NCBI GenBank assembly: GCA_964057225.1
Contig: OZ059894.1
Location: forward strand, 18,600,001 to 18,664,000
DNA length: 64,000 nucleotides
From: Auanema rhodensis
Lineage: Eukaryota; Animalia; Nematoda
Reading direction: 5' to 3'
Below the pieces are notes generated by a model that saw only the letters and a program-made list of their open reading frames with translations, ran no database searches and was not told the DNA's origin. Both the position numbers and the translations under genes were made by a program. This document shows positions 27,301 to 42,200 of the stretch, piece after piece (the first letter of the stretch is position 1; each line of letters opens with the position of its first letter).

Positions 27301-30256
27301 TTCGAAAAATTTCAAAATAATTTAGCAAAAAGTAGATGTTTTTAGATTCCTTTTTTCAAGGCAAAGACGATGGACAATGTTATTCAACGAAAAAAATAAT
27401 TCTTCAGGGTGAAAATCGAGGATATAAGTGTGAACTTATATCAGTTGATATCTCGGTGCATTTTCAAGCTAGCGCAAATCTGATAACACAGATCGACGCA
27501 GCTTAAAAATCCGCATCGAAAGCACTATACTATATTGAGAAACGCTTAATACAAAAATTAGTTATGATCGTTTGAAAAATGATGCATTAGTGTATGTTGA
27601 GTTTCCATGTACACTCAACATTGCTTCCAAAAACATTTTGACAAAAATTTTTTCGAAAAATTTCAAAATAATTTAGCAAAAAGTAGATGTTTTTAGATTC
27701 CTTTTTTCAAGGCAAAGACGATGGACAATGTTATTCAACGAAAAAATTAATTCTTCAGGGTGAAAATCGAGGATAGAAGTGTGAACTTATATCAGTTGAT
27801 ATCTCGGTGCATTTTTAAGCTAGCGCAAATCTGATAACACAGATCGACGCAGCTTAAAAATCCGCATCGAATGCACTATACTACATTGAGAAACGCTTAA
27901 TACAAAAATTAGTTATGATCGTTTGAAAAATGATGCATTAGTGTATGTTGAGTTTCCATGTACACTCAACATTGCTTCCAAAAACATTTTGACAAAAATT
28001 TTTTCGAAAAATTTCAAAATAATTTAGCAAAAAGTAGATGTTTTTAGATTCCTTTTTTCAAGGCAAAGACGATGGACAATGTTATTCAACGAAAAAAATA
28101 ATTCTTCAGGGTGAAAATCGAGGATATAAGTGTGAACTTATATCAGTTGATATCTCGGTGCATTTTCAAGCTAGCGCAAATCTGATAACACAGATCGACG
28201 CAGCTTAAAAATCCGCATCGAATGCACTATACTATATTGAGAAACGCTTAATACAAAAATTAGTTATGATCGTTTGAAAAATGATGCATTAGTGTATGTT
28301 GAGTTTCCATGTACACTCAACATTGCTTCCAAAAACATTTTGACAAAAATTTTTTCGAAAAATTTCAAAATAATTTAGCAAAAAGTAGATGTTTTTAGAT
28401 TCCTTTTTTTAAGGCAAAGACGATGGACAATGTTATTCAACGAAAAAATTAATTCTTCAGGGTGAAAATCGAGGATATAAGTGTGAACTTATATCAGTTG
28501 ATATCTCGGTGCATTTTTAAGCTAGCGCAAATCTGATAACACAGATCGACGCAGCTTAAAAATCCGCATCGAATGCACTATACTATATTGAGAAACGCTT
28601 AATACAAAAATTAGTTATGATCGTTTGAAAAATGATGCATTAGTGTATGTTGAGTTTCCATGTACACTCAACATTGCTTCCAAAAACATTTTGACAAAAA
28701 TTTTTTCGAAAAATTTCAAAATAATTTAGCAAAAAGTAGATGTTTTTAGATTCCTTTTTTTAAGGCAAAGACGATGGACAATGTTATTCAACGAAAAAAT
28801 TAATTCTTCAGGGTGAAAATCGAGGATATAAGTGTGAACTTATATCAGTTGATATCTCGGTGCATTTTTAAGCTAGCGCAAATCTGATAACACAGATCGA
28901 CGCAGCTTAAAAATCCGCATCGAATGCACTATACTATATTGAGAAACGCTTAATACAAAAATTAGTTATGATCGTTTGAAAAATGATGCATTAGTGTATG
29001 TTGAGTTTCCATGTACACTCAACATTGCTTCCAAAAACATTTTGACAAAAATTTTTTCGAAAAATTTCAAAATAATTTAGCAAAAAGTAGATGTTTTTAG
29101 ATTCCTTTTTTCAAGGCAAAGACGATGGACAATGTTATTCAACGAAAAAAATAATTCTTCAGGGTGAAAATCGAGGATATAAGTGTGAACTTATATCAGT
29201 TGATATCTCGGTGCATTTTTAAGCTAGCGCAAATCTGATAACACAGATCGACGCAGCTTAAAAATCCGCATCGAATGCACTATACTATATTGAGAAACGC
29301 TTAATACAAAAATTAGTTATGATCGTTTGAAAAATGATGCATTAGTGTATGTTGAGTTTCCATGTACACTCAACATTGCTTCCAAAAACATTTTGACAAA
29401 AATTTTTTCGAAAAATTTCAAAATAATTTAGCAAAAAGTAGATGTTTTTAGATTCCTTTTTTTAAGGCAAAGACGATGGACAATGTTATTCAACGAAAAA
29501 ATTAATTCTTCAGGGTGAAAATCGAGGATATAAGTGTGAACTTATATCAGTTGATATCTCGGTGCATTTTTAAGCTAGCGCAAATCTGATAACACAGATC
29601 GACGCAGCTTACAAAATCCGCATCGAATGCACTATACTACATTGAGAAACGCTTAATACAAAAATTAGTTATGATCGTTTGAAAAATGATGCATTAGTGT
29701 ATGTTGTGTTTCCATGTACACTCAACATTGCTTCCAAAAACATTTTGACAAAAATTTTTTCGAAAAATTTCAAAATAATTTAGCAAAAAGTAGATGTTTT
29801 TAGATTCCTTTTTTTAAGGCAAAGACGATGGACAATGTTATTCAACGAAAAAATTAATTCTTCAGGGTGAAAATCGAGGATATAAGTGTGAACTTATATC
29901 AGTTGATATCTCGGTGCATTTTTAAGCTAGCGCAAATCTGATAACACAGATCGACGCAGCTTAAAAATCCGCATCGAATGCACTATACTATATTGAGAAA
30001 CGCTTAATACAAAAATTAGTTATGATCGTTTGAAAAATGATGCATTAGTGTATGTTGAGTTTCCATGTACACTCAACATTGCTTCCAAAAACATTTTGAC
30101 AAAAATTTTTTCGAAAAATTTCAAAATAATTTAGCAAAAAGTAGATGTTTTTAGATTCCTTTTTTCAAGGCAAAGACGATGGACAATGTTATTCAACGAA
30201 AAAATTAATTCTTCAGGGTGAAAATCGAGGATATAAGTGTGAACTTATATCAGTTG
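12357..30256. repeat. Domain B: 351-bp monomers with GTTATAAC/GTGTATT/GAGACGC, TTTTCAAG/GAAAGCAC, TACTATATT and AAAACTTTT haplotypes; irregular short HORs
   Basis: Linked marker sets recur, e.g. the units at 25693 and 27097 are 1404 bp (4 units) apart with similar neighbours. Confidence 0.8.
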
Positions 30257-33200
30257 ATATCTCGGTGCATTTTTAAGCTAGCGCAAATCTGATAACACAG
30301 ATCGACGCAGCTTAAAAATTCGCATCGAATGCACTATACTACATTGAGAAACGCTTAATACAAAAATTAGTTATGATCGTTTGAAAAATGATGCATTAGT
30401 GTATGTTGAGTTTCCATGTACACTCAACATTGCTTCCAAAAACATTTTGACAAAAATTTTTTCGAAAAATTTCAAAATAATTTAGCAAAAAGTAGATGTT
30501 TTTAGATTCCTTTTTTTAAGGCAAAGACGATGGACAATGTTATTCAACGAAAAAAATAATTCTTCAGGGTGAAAATCGAGGATATAAGTGTGAACTTATA
30601 TCAGTTGATATCTCGGTGCATTTTTAAGCTAGCGCAAATCTGATAACACAGATCGACGCAGCTTAAAAATTCGCATCGAATGCACTATACTACATTGAGA
30701 AACGCTTAATACAAAAATTAGTTATGATCGTTTGAAAAATGATGCATTAGTGTATGTTGTGTTTCCATGTACACTCAACATTGCTTCCAAAAACATTTTG
30801 ACAAAAATTTTTTCGAAAAATTTCAAAATAATTTAGCAAAAAGTAGATGTTTTTAGATTCCTTTTTTTAAGGCAAAGACGATGGACAATGTTATTCAACG
30901 AAAAAATTAATTCTTCAGGGTGAAAATCGAGGATATAAGTGTGAACTTATATCAGTTGATATCTCGGTGCATTTTTAAGCTAGCGCAAATCTGATAACAC
31001 AGATCGACGCAGCTTAAAAATCCGCATCGAATGCACTATACTATATTGAGAAACGCTTAATACAAAAATTAGTTATGATCGTTTGAAAAATGATGCATTA
31101 GTGTATGTTGAGTTTCCATGTACACTCAACATTGCTTCCAAAAACATTTTGACAAAAATTTTTTCGAAAAATTTCAAAATAATTTAGCAAAAAGTAGATG
31201 TTTTTAGATTCCTTTTTTCAAGGCAAAGACGATGGACAATGTTATTCAACGAAAAAATTAATTCTTCAGGGTGAAAATCGAGGATATAAGTGTGAACTTA
31301 TATCAGTTGATATCTCGGTGCATTTTTAAGCTAGCGCAAATCTGATAACACAGATCGACGCAGCTTAAAAATCCGCATCGAATGCACTATACTACATTGA
31401 GAAACGCTTAAAACAAAAATTAGTTATGATCGTTTGAAAAATGATGCATTAGTGTATGTTGAGTTTCCATGTACACTCAACATTGCTTCCAAAAACATTT
31501 TGACAAAAATTTTTTCGAAAAATTTCAAAATAATTTAGCAAAAAGTAGATGTTTTTAGATTCCTTTTTTTAAGGCAAAGACGATGGACAATGTTATTCAA
31601 CGAAAAAATTAATTCTTCAGGGTGAAAATCGAGGATATAAGTGTGAACTTATATCAGTTGATATCTCGGTGCATTTTTAAGCTAGCGCAAATCTGATAAC
31701 ACAGATCGACGCAGCTTACAAAATCCGCATCGAATGCACTATACTACATTGAGAAACGCTTAATACAAAAATTAGTTATGATCGTTTGAAAAATGATGCA
31801 TTAGTGTATGTTGTGTTTCCATGTACACTCAACATTGCTTCCAAAAACATTTTGACAAAAATTTTTTCGAAAAATTTCAAAATAATTTAGCAAAAAGTAG
31901 ATGTTTTTAGATTCCTTTTTTTAAGGCAAAGACGATGGACAATGTTATTCAACGAAAAAATTAATTCTTCAGGGTGAAAATCGAGGATATAAGTGTGAAC
32001 TTATATCAGTTGATATCTCGGTGCATTTTTAAGCTAGCGCAAATCTGATAACACAGATCGACGCAGCTTAAAAATCCGCATCGAATGCACTATACTATAT
32101 TGAGAAACGCTTAATACAAAAATTAGTTATGATCGTTTGAAAAATGATGCATTAGTGTATGTTGAGTTTCCATGTACACTCAACATTGCTTCCAAAAACA
32201 TTTTGACAAAAATTTTTTCGAAAAATTTCAAAATAATTTAGCAAAAAGTAGATGTTTTTAGATTCCTTTTTTCAAGGCAAAGACGATGGACAATGTTATT
32301 CAACGAAAAAATTAATTCTTCAGGGTGAAAATCGAGGATATAAGTGTGAACTTATATCAGTTGATATCTCGGTGCATTTTTAAGCTAGCGCAAATCTGAT
32401 AACACAGATCGACGCAGCTTAAAAATTCGCATCGAATGCACTATACTACATTGAGAAACGCTTAATACAAAAATTAGTTATGATCGTTTGAAAAATGATG
32501 CATTAGTGTATGTTGAGTTTCCATGTACACTCAACATTGCTTCCAAAAACATTTTGACAAAAATTTTTTCGAAAAATTTCAAAATAATTTAGCAAAAAGT
32601 AGATGTTTTTAGATTCCTTTTTTTAAGGCAAAGACGATGGACAATGTTATTCAACGAAAAAAATAATTCTTCAGGGTGAAAATCGAGGATATAAGTGTGA
32701 ACTTATATCAGTTGATATCTCGGTGCATTTTTAAGCTAGCGCAAATCTGATAACACAGATCGACGCAGCTTAAAAATTCGCATCGAATGCACTATACTAC
32801 ATTGAGAAACGCTTAATACAAAAATTAGTTATGATCGTTTGAAAAATGATGCATTAGTGTATGTTGTGTTTCCATGTACACTCAACATTGCTTCCAAAAA
32901 CATTTTGACAAAAATTTTTTCGAAAAATTTCAAAATAATTTAGCAAAAAGTAGATGTTTTTAGATTCCTTTTTTTAAGGCAAAGACGATGGACAATGTTA
33001 TTCAACGAAAAAATTAATTCTTCAGGGTGAAAATCGAGGATATAAGTGTGAACTTATATCAGTTGATATCTCGGTGCATTTTTAAGCTAGCGCAAATCTG
33101 ATAACACAGATCGACGCAGCTTAAAAATCCGCATCGAATGCACTATACTATATTGAGAAACGCTTAATACAAAAATTAGTTATGATCGTTTGAAAAATGA

Positions 33201-36200
33201 TGCATTAGTGTATGTTGAGTTTCCATGTACACTCAACATTGCTTCCAAAAACATTTTGACAAAAATTTTTTCGAAAAATTTCAAAATAATTTAGCAAAAA
33301 GTAGATGTTTTTAGATTCCTTTTTTCAAGGCAAAGACGATGGACAATGTTATTCAACGAAAAAATTAATTCTTCAGGGTGAAAATCGAGGATATAAGTGT
33401 GAACTTATATCAGTTGATATCTCGGTGCATTTTTAAGCTAGCGCAAATCTGATAACACAGATCGACGCAGCTTAAAAATCCGCATCGAATGCACTATACT
33501 ACATTGAGAAACGCTTAAAACAAAAATTAGTTATGATCGTTTGAAAAATGATGCATTAGTGTATGTTGAGTTTCCATGTACACTCAACATTGCTTCCAAA
33601 AACATTTTGACAAAAATTTTTTCGAAAAATTTCAAAATAATTTAGCAAAAAGTAGATGTTTTTAGATTCCTTTTTTCAAGGCAAAGACGATGGACAATGT
33701 TATTCAACGAAAAAATTAATTCTTCAGGGTGAAAATCGAGGATATAAGTGTGAACTTATATCAGTTGATATCTCGGTGCATTTTTAAGCTAGCGCAAATC
33801 TGATAACACAGATCGACGCAGCTTAAAAATTCGCATCGAATGCACTATACTACATTGAGAAACGCTTAATACAAAAATTAGTTATGATCGTTTGAAAAAT
33901 GATGCATTAGTGTATGTTGAGTTTCCATGTACACTCAACATTGCTTCCAAAAACATTTTGACAAAAATTTTTTCGAAAAATTTCAAAATAATTTAGCAAA
34001 AAGTAGATGTTTTTAGATTCCTTTTTTCAAGGCAAAGACGATGGACAATGTTATTCAACGAAAAAATTAATTCTTCAGGGTGAAAATCGAGGATATAAGT
34101 GTAAACTTATATCAGTTGATATCTCGGTGCATTTTTAAGCTAGCGCAAATCTGATAACACAGATCGACGCAGCTTAAAAATCCGCATCGAATGCACTATA
34201 CTACATTGAGAAACGCTTAATACAAAAATTAGTTATGATCGTTTGAAAAATGATGCATTAGTGTATGTTGAGTTTCCATGTACACTCAACATTGCTTCCA
34301 AAAACATTTTGACAAAAATTTTTTCGAAAAATTTCAAAATAATTTAGCAAAAAGTAGATGTTTTTAGATTCCTTTTTTTAAGGCGAAGACGATGGACAAT
34401 GTTATTCAACGAAAAAATTAATTCTTCAGGGTGAAAATCGAGGATATAAGTGTGAACTTATATCAGTTGATATCTCGGTGCATTTTTAAGCTAGCGCAAA
34501 TCTGATAACACAGATCGACGCAGCTTAAAAATTCGCATCGAATGCACTATACTACATTGAGAAACGCTTAATACAAAAATTAGTTATGATCGTTTGAAAA
34601 ATGATGCATTAGTGTATGTTGAGTTTCCATGTACACTCAACATTGCTTCCAAAAACATTTTGACAAAAATTTTTTCGAAAAATTTCAAAATAATTTAGCA
34701 AAAAGTAGATGTTTTTAGATTCCTTTTTTCAAGGCAAAGACGATGGACAATGTTATTCAACGAAAAAATTAATTCTTCAGGGTGAAAATCGAGGATATAA
34801 GTGTGAACTTATATCAGTTGATATCTCGGTGCATTTTTAAGCTAGCGCAAATCTGATAACACAGATCGACGCAGCTTAAAAATTCGCATCGAATGCACTA
34901 TACTACATTGAGAAACGCTTAATACAAAAATTAGTTATGATCGTTTGAAAAATGATGCATTAGTGTATGTTGAGTTTCCATGTACACTCAACATTGCTTC
35001 CAAAAACATTTTGACAAAAATTTTTTCGAAAAATTTCAAAATAATTTAGCAAAAAGTAGATGTTTTTAGATTCCTTTTTTTAAGGCAAAGACGATGGACA
35101 ATGTTATTCAACGAAAAAAATAATTCTTCAGGGTGAAAATCGAGGATATAAGTGTGAACTTATATCAGTTGATATCTCGGTGCATTTTTAAGCTAGCGCA
35201 AATCTGATAACACAGATCGACGCAGCTTAAAAATTCGCATCGAATGCACTATACTACATTGAGAAACGCTTAATACAAAAATTAGTTATGATCGTTTGAA
35301 AAATGATGCATTAGTGTATGTTGTGTTTCCATGTACACTCAACATTGCTTCCAAAAACATTTTGACAAAAATTTTTTCGAAAAATTTCAAAATAATTTAG
35401 CAAAAAGTAGATGTTTTTAGATTCCTTTTTTTAAGGCAAAGACGATGGACAATGTTATTCAACGAAAAAATTAATTCTTCAGGGTGAAAATCGAGGATAT
35501 AAGTGTGAACTTATATCAGTTGATATCTCGGTGCATTTTTAAGCTAGCGCAAATCTGATAACACAGATCGACGCAGCTTAAAAATTCGCATCGAATGCAC
35601 TATACTACATTGAGAAACGCTTAATACAAAAATTAGTTATGATCGTTTGAAAAATGATGCATTAGTGTATGTTGAGTTTCCATGTACACTCAACATTGCT
35701 TCCAAAAACATTTTGACAAAAATTTTTTCGAAAAATTTCAAAATAATTTAGCAAAAAGTAGATGTTTTTAGATTCCTTTTTTTAAGGCAAAGACGATGGA
35801 CAATGTTATTCAACGAAAAAAATAATTCTTCAGGGTGAAAATCGAGGATATAAGTGTGAACTTATATCAGTTGATATCTCGGTGCATTTTTAAGCTAGCG
35901 CAAATCTGATAACACAGATCGACGCAGCTTAAAAATTCGCATCGAATGCACTATACTACATTGAGAAACGCTTAATACAAAAATTAGTTATGATCGTTTG
36001 AAAAATGATGCATTAGTGTATGTTGTGTTTCCATGTACACTCAACATTGCTTCCAAAAACATTTTGACAAAAATTTTTTCGAAAAATTTCAAAATAATTT
36101 AGCAAAAAGTAGATGTTTTTAGATTCCTTTTTTTAAGGCAAAGACGATGGACAATGTTATTCAACGAAAAAATTAATTCTTCAGGGTGAAAATCGAGGAT

Positions 36201-39200
36201 ATAAGTGTGAACTTATATCAGTTGATATCTCGGTGCATTTTTAAGCTAGCGCAAATCTGATAACACAGATCGACGCAGCTTAAAAATTCGCATCGAATGC
36301 ACTATACTACATTGAGAAACGCTTAATACAAAAATTAGTTATGATCGTTTGAAAAATGATGCATTAGTGTATGTTGAGTTTCCATGTACACTCAACATTG
36401 CTTCCAAAAACATTTTGACAAAAATTTTTTCGAAAAATTTCAAAATAATTTAGCAAAAAGTAGATGTTTTTAGATTCCTTTTTTCAAGGCAAAGACGATG
36501 GACAATGTTATTCAACGAAAAAATTAATTCTTCAGGGTGAAAATCGAGGATATAAGTGTGAACTTATATCAGTTGATATCTCGGTGCATTTTTAAGCTAG
36601 CGCAAATCTGATAACACAGATCGACGCAGCTTAAAAATCCGCATCGAATGCACTATACTACATTGAGAAACGCTTAAAACAAAAATTAGTTATGATCGTT
36701 TGAAAAATGATGCATTAGTGTATGTTGAGTTTCCATGTACACTCAACATTGCTTCCAAAAACATTTTGACAAAAATTTTTTCGAAAAATTTCAAAATAAT
36801 TTAGCAAAAAGTAGATGTTTTTAGATTCCTTTTTTCAAGGCAAAGACGATGGACAATGTTATTCAACGAAAAAATTAATTCTTCAGGGTGAAAATCGAGG
36901 ATATAAGTGTGAACTTATATCAGTTGATATCTCGGTGCATTTTTAAGCTAGCGCAAATCTGATAACACAGATCGACGCAGCTTAAAAATTCGCATCGAAT
37001 GCACTATACTACATTGAGAAACGCTTAATACAAAAATTAGTTATGATCGTTTGAAAAATGATGCATTAGTGTATGTTGAGTTTCCATGTACACTCAACAT
37101 TGCTTCCAAAAACATTTTGACAAAAATTTTTTCGAAAAATTTCAAAATAATTTAGCAAAAAGTAGATGTTTTTAGATTCCTTTTTTCAAGGCAAAGACGA
37201 TGGACAATGTTATTCAACGAAAAAATTAATTCTTCAGGGTGAAAATCGAGGATATAAGTGTAAACTTATATCAGTTGATATCTCGGTGCATTTTTAAGCT
37301 AGCGCAAATCTGATAACACAGATCGACGCAGCTTAAAAATCCGCATCGAATGCACTATACTACATTGAGAAACGCTTAATACAAAAATTAGTTATGATCG
37401 TTTGAAAAATGATGCATTAGTGTATGTTGAGTTTCCATGTACACTCAACATTGCTTCCAAAAACATTTTGACAAAAATTTTTTCGAAAAATTTCAAAATA
37501 ATTTAGCAAAAAGTAGATGTTTTTAGATTCCTTTTTTTAAGGCGAAGACGATGGACAATGTTATTCAACGAAAAAATTAATTCTTCAGGGTGAAAATCGA
37601 GGATATAAGTGTGAACTTATATCAGTTGATATCTCGGTGCATTTTTAAGCTAGCGCAAATCTGATAACACAGATCGACGCAGCTTAAAAATTCGCATCGA
37701 ATGCACTATACTACATTGAGAAACGCTTAATACAAAAATTAGTTATGATCGTTTGAAAAATGATGCATTAGTGTATGTTGAGTTTCCATGTACACTCAAC
37801 ATTGCTTCCAAAAACATTTTGACAAAAATTTTTTCGAAAAATTTCAAAATAATTTAGCAAAAAGTAGATGTTTTTAGATTCCTTTTTTCAAGGCAAAGAC
37901 GATGGACAATGTTATTCAACGAAAAAATTAATTCTTCAGGGTGAAAATCGAGGATATAAGTGTGAACTTATATCAGTTGATATCTCGGTGCATTTTTAAG
38001 CTAGCGCAAATCTGATAACACAGATCGACGCAGCTTAAAAATTCGCATCGAATGCACTATACTACATTGAGAAACGCTTAATACAAAAATTAGTTATGAT
38101 CGTTTGAAAAATGATGCATTAGTGTATGTTGAGTTTCCATGTACACTCAACATTGCTTCCAAAAACATTTTGACAAAAATTTTTTCGAAAAATTTCAAAA
38201 TAATTTAGCAAAAAGTAGATGTTTTTAGATTCCTTTTTTTAAGGCAAAGACGATGGACAATGTTATTCAACGAAAAAAATAATTCTTCAGGGTGAAAATC
38301 GAGGATATAAGTGTGAACTTATATCAGTTGATATCTCGGTGCATTTTTAAGCTAGCGCAAATCTGATAACACAGATCGACGCAGCTTAAAAATTCGCATC
38401 GAATGCACTATACTACATTGAGAAACGCTTAATACAAAAATTAGTTATGATCGTTTGAAAAATGATGCATTAGTGTATGTTGAGTTTCCATGTACACTCA
38501 ACATTGCTTCCAAAAACATTTTGACAAAAATTTTTTCGAAAAATTTCAAAATAATTTAGCAAAAAGTAGATGTTTTTAGATTCCTTTTTTTAAGGCAAAG
38601 ACGATGGACAATGTTATTCAACGAAAAAAATAATTCTTCAGGGTGAAAATCGAGGATATAAGTGTGAACTTATATCAGTTGATATCTCGGTGCATTTTTA
38701 AGCTAGCGCAAATCTGATAACACAGATCGACGCAGCTTAAAAATTCGCATCGAATGCACTATACTACATTGAGAAACGCTTAATACAAAAATTAGTTATG
38801 ATCGTTTGAAAAATGATGCATTAGTGTATGTTGTGTTTCCATGTACACTCAACATTGCTTCCAAAAACATTTTGACAAAAATTTTTTCGAAAAATTTCAA
38901 AATAATTTAGCAAAAAGTAGATGTTTTTAGATTCCTTTTTTTAAGGCAAAGACGATGGACAATGTTATTCAACGAAAAAATTAATTCTTCAGGGTGAAAA
39001 TCGAGGATATAAGTGTGAACTTATATCAGTTGATATCTCGGTGCATTTTTAAGCTAGCGCAAATCTGATAACACAGATCGACGCAGCTTAAAAATTCGCA
39101 TCGAATGCACTATACTACATTGAGAAACGCTTAATACAAAAATTAGTTATGATCGTTTGAAAAATGATGCATTAGTGTATGTTGAGTTTCCATGTACACT

Positions 39201-42200
39201 CAACATTGCTTCCAAAAACATTTTGACAAAAATTTTTTCGAAAAATTTCAAAATAATTTAGCAAAAAGTAGATGTTTTTAGATTCCTTTTTTCAAGGCAA
39301 AGACGATGGACAATGTTATTCAACGAAAAAATTAATTCTTCAGGGTGAAAATCGAGGATATAAGTGTGAACTTATATCAGTTGATATCTCGGTGCATTTT
39401 TAAGCTAGCGCAAATCTGATAACACAGATCGACGCAGCTTAAAAATCCGCATCGAATGCACTATACTACATTGAGAAACGCTTAAAACAAAAATTAGTTA
39501 TGATCGTTTGAAAAATGATGCATTAGTGTATGTTGAGTTTCCATGTACACTCAACATTGCTTCCAAAAACATTTTGACAAAAATTTTTTCGAAAAATTTC
39601 AAAATAATTTAGCAAAAAGTAGATGTTTTTAGATTCCTTTTTTCAAGGCAAAGACGATGGACAATGTTATTCAACGAAAAAATTAATTCTTCAGGGTGAA
39701 AATCGAGGATATAAGTGTGAACTTATATCAGTTGATATCTCGGTGCATTTTTAAGCTAGCGCAAATCTGATAACACAGATCGACGCAGCTTAAAAATTCG
39801 CATCGAATGCACTATACTACATTGAGAAACGCTTAATACAAAAATTAGTTATGATCGTTTGAAAAATGATGCATTAGTGTATGTTGAGTTTCCATGTACA
39901 CTCAACATTGCTTCCAAAAACATTTTGACAAAAATTTTTTCGAAAAATTTCAAAATAATTTAGCAAAAAGTAGATGTTTTTAGATTCCTTTTTTCAAGGC
40001 AAAGACGATGGACAATGTTATTCAACGAAAAAATTAATTCTTCAGGGTGAAAATCGAGGATATAAGTGTAAACTTATATCAGTTGATATCTCGGTGCATT
40101 TTTAAGCTAGCGCAAATCTGATAACACAGATCGACGCAGCTTAAAAATCCGCATCGAATGCACTATACTACATTGAGAAACGCTTAATACAAAAATTAGT
40201 TATGATCGTTTGAAAAATGATGCATTAGTGTATGTTGAGTTTCCATGTACACTCAACATTGCTTCCAAAAACATTTTGACAAAAATTTTTTCGAAAAATT
40301 TCAAAATAATTTAGCAAAAAGTAGATGTTTTTAGATTCCTTTTTTTAAGGCGAAGACGATGGACAATGTTATTCAACGAAAAAATTAATTCTTCAGGGTG
40401 AAAATCGAGGATATAAGTGTGAACTTATATCAGTTGATATCTCGGTGCATTTTTAAGCTAGCGCAAATCTGATAACACAGATCGACGCAGCTTAAAAATT
40501 CGCATCGAATGCACTATACTACATTGAGAAACGCTTAATACAAAAATTAGTTATGATCGTTTGAAAAATGATGCATTAGTGTATGTTGAGTTTCCATGTA
40601 CACTCAACATTGCTTCCAAAAACATTTTGACAAAAATTTTTTCGAAAAATTTCAAAATAATTTAGCAAAAAGTAGATGTTTTTAGATTCCTTTTTTCAAG
40701 GCAAAGACGATGGACAATGTTATTCAACGAAAAAATTAATTCTTCAGGGTGAAAATCGAGGATATAAGTGTGAACTTATATCAGTTGATATCTCGGTGCA
40801 TTTTTAAGCTAGCGCAAATCTGATAACACAGATCGACGCAGCTTAAAAATTCGCATCGAATGCACTATACTACATTGAGAAACGCTTAATACAAAAATTA
40901 GTTATGATCGTTTGAAAAATGATGCATTAGTGTATGTTGAGTTTCCATGTACACTCAACATTGCTTCCAAAAACATTTTGACAAAAATTTTTTCGAAAAA
41001 TTTCAAAATAATTTAGCAAAAAGTAGATGTTTTTAGATTCCTTTTTTTAAGGCAAAGACGATGGACAATGTTATTCAACGAAAAAAATAATTCTTCAGGG
41101 TGAAAATCGAGGATATAAGTGTGAACTTATATCAGTTGATATCTCGGTGCATTTTTAAGCTAGCGCAAATCTGATAACACAGATCGACGCAGCTTAAAAA
41201 TTCGCATCGAATGCACTATACTACATTGAGAAACGCTTAATACAAAAATTAGTTATGATCGTTTGAAAAATGATGCATTAGTGTATGTTGTGTTTCCATG
41301 TACACTCAACATTGCTTCCAAAAACATTTTGACAAAAATTTTTTCGAAAAATTTCAAAATAATTTAGCAAAAAGTAGATGTTTTTAGATTCCTTTTTTTA
41401 AGGCAAAGACGATGGACAATGTTATTCAACGAAAAAATTAATTCTTCAGGGTGAAAATCGAGGATATAAGTGTGAACTTATATCAGTTGATATCTCGGTG
41501 CATTTTTAAGCTAGCGCAAATCTGATAACACAGATCGACGCAGCTTAAAAATCCGCATCGAATGCACTATACTATATTGAGAAACGCTTAATACAAAAAT
41601 TAGTTATGATCGTTTGAAAAATGATGCATTAGTGTATGTTGAGTTTCCATGTACACTCAACATTGCTTCCAAAAACATTTTGACAAAAATTTTTTCGAAA
41701 AATTTCAAAATAATTTAGCAAAAAGTAGATGTTTTTAGATTCCTTTTTTCAAGGCAAAGACGATGGACAATGTTATTCAACGAAAAAATTAATTCTTCAG
41801 GGTGAAAATCGAGGATATAAGTGTGAACTTATATCAGTTGATATCTCGGTGCATTTTTAAGCTAGCGCAAATCTGATAACACAGATCGACGCAGCTTAAA
41901 AATCCGCATCGAATGCACTATACTACATTGAGAAACGCTTAATACAAAAATTAGTTATGATCGTTTGAAAAATGATGCATTAGTGTATGTTGAGTTTCCA
42001 TGTACACTCAACATTGCTTCCAAAAACATTTTGACAAAAATTTTTTCGAAAAATTTCAAAATAATTTAGCAAAAAGTAGATGTTTTTAGATTCCTTTTTT
42101 CAAGGCAAAGACGATGGACAATGTTATTCAACGAAAAAATTAATTCTTCAGGGTGAAAATCGAGGATATATGTGTGAACTTATATCAGTTGATATCTCGG

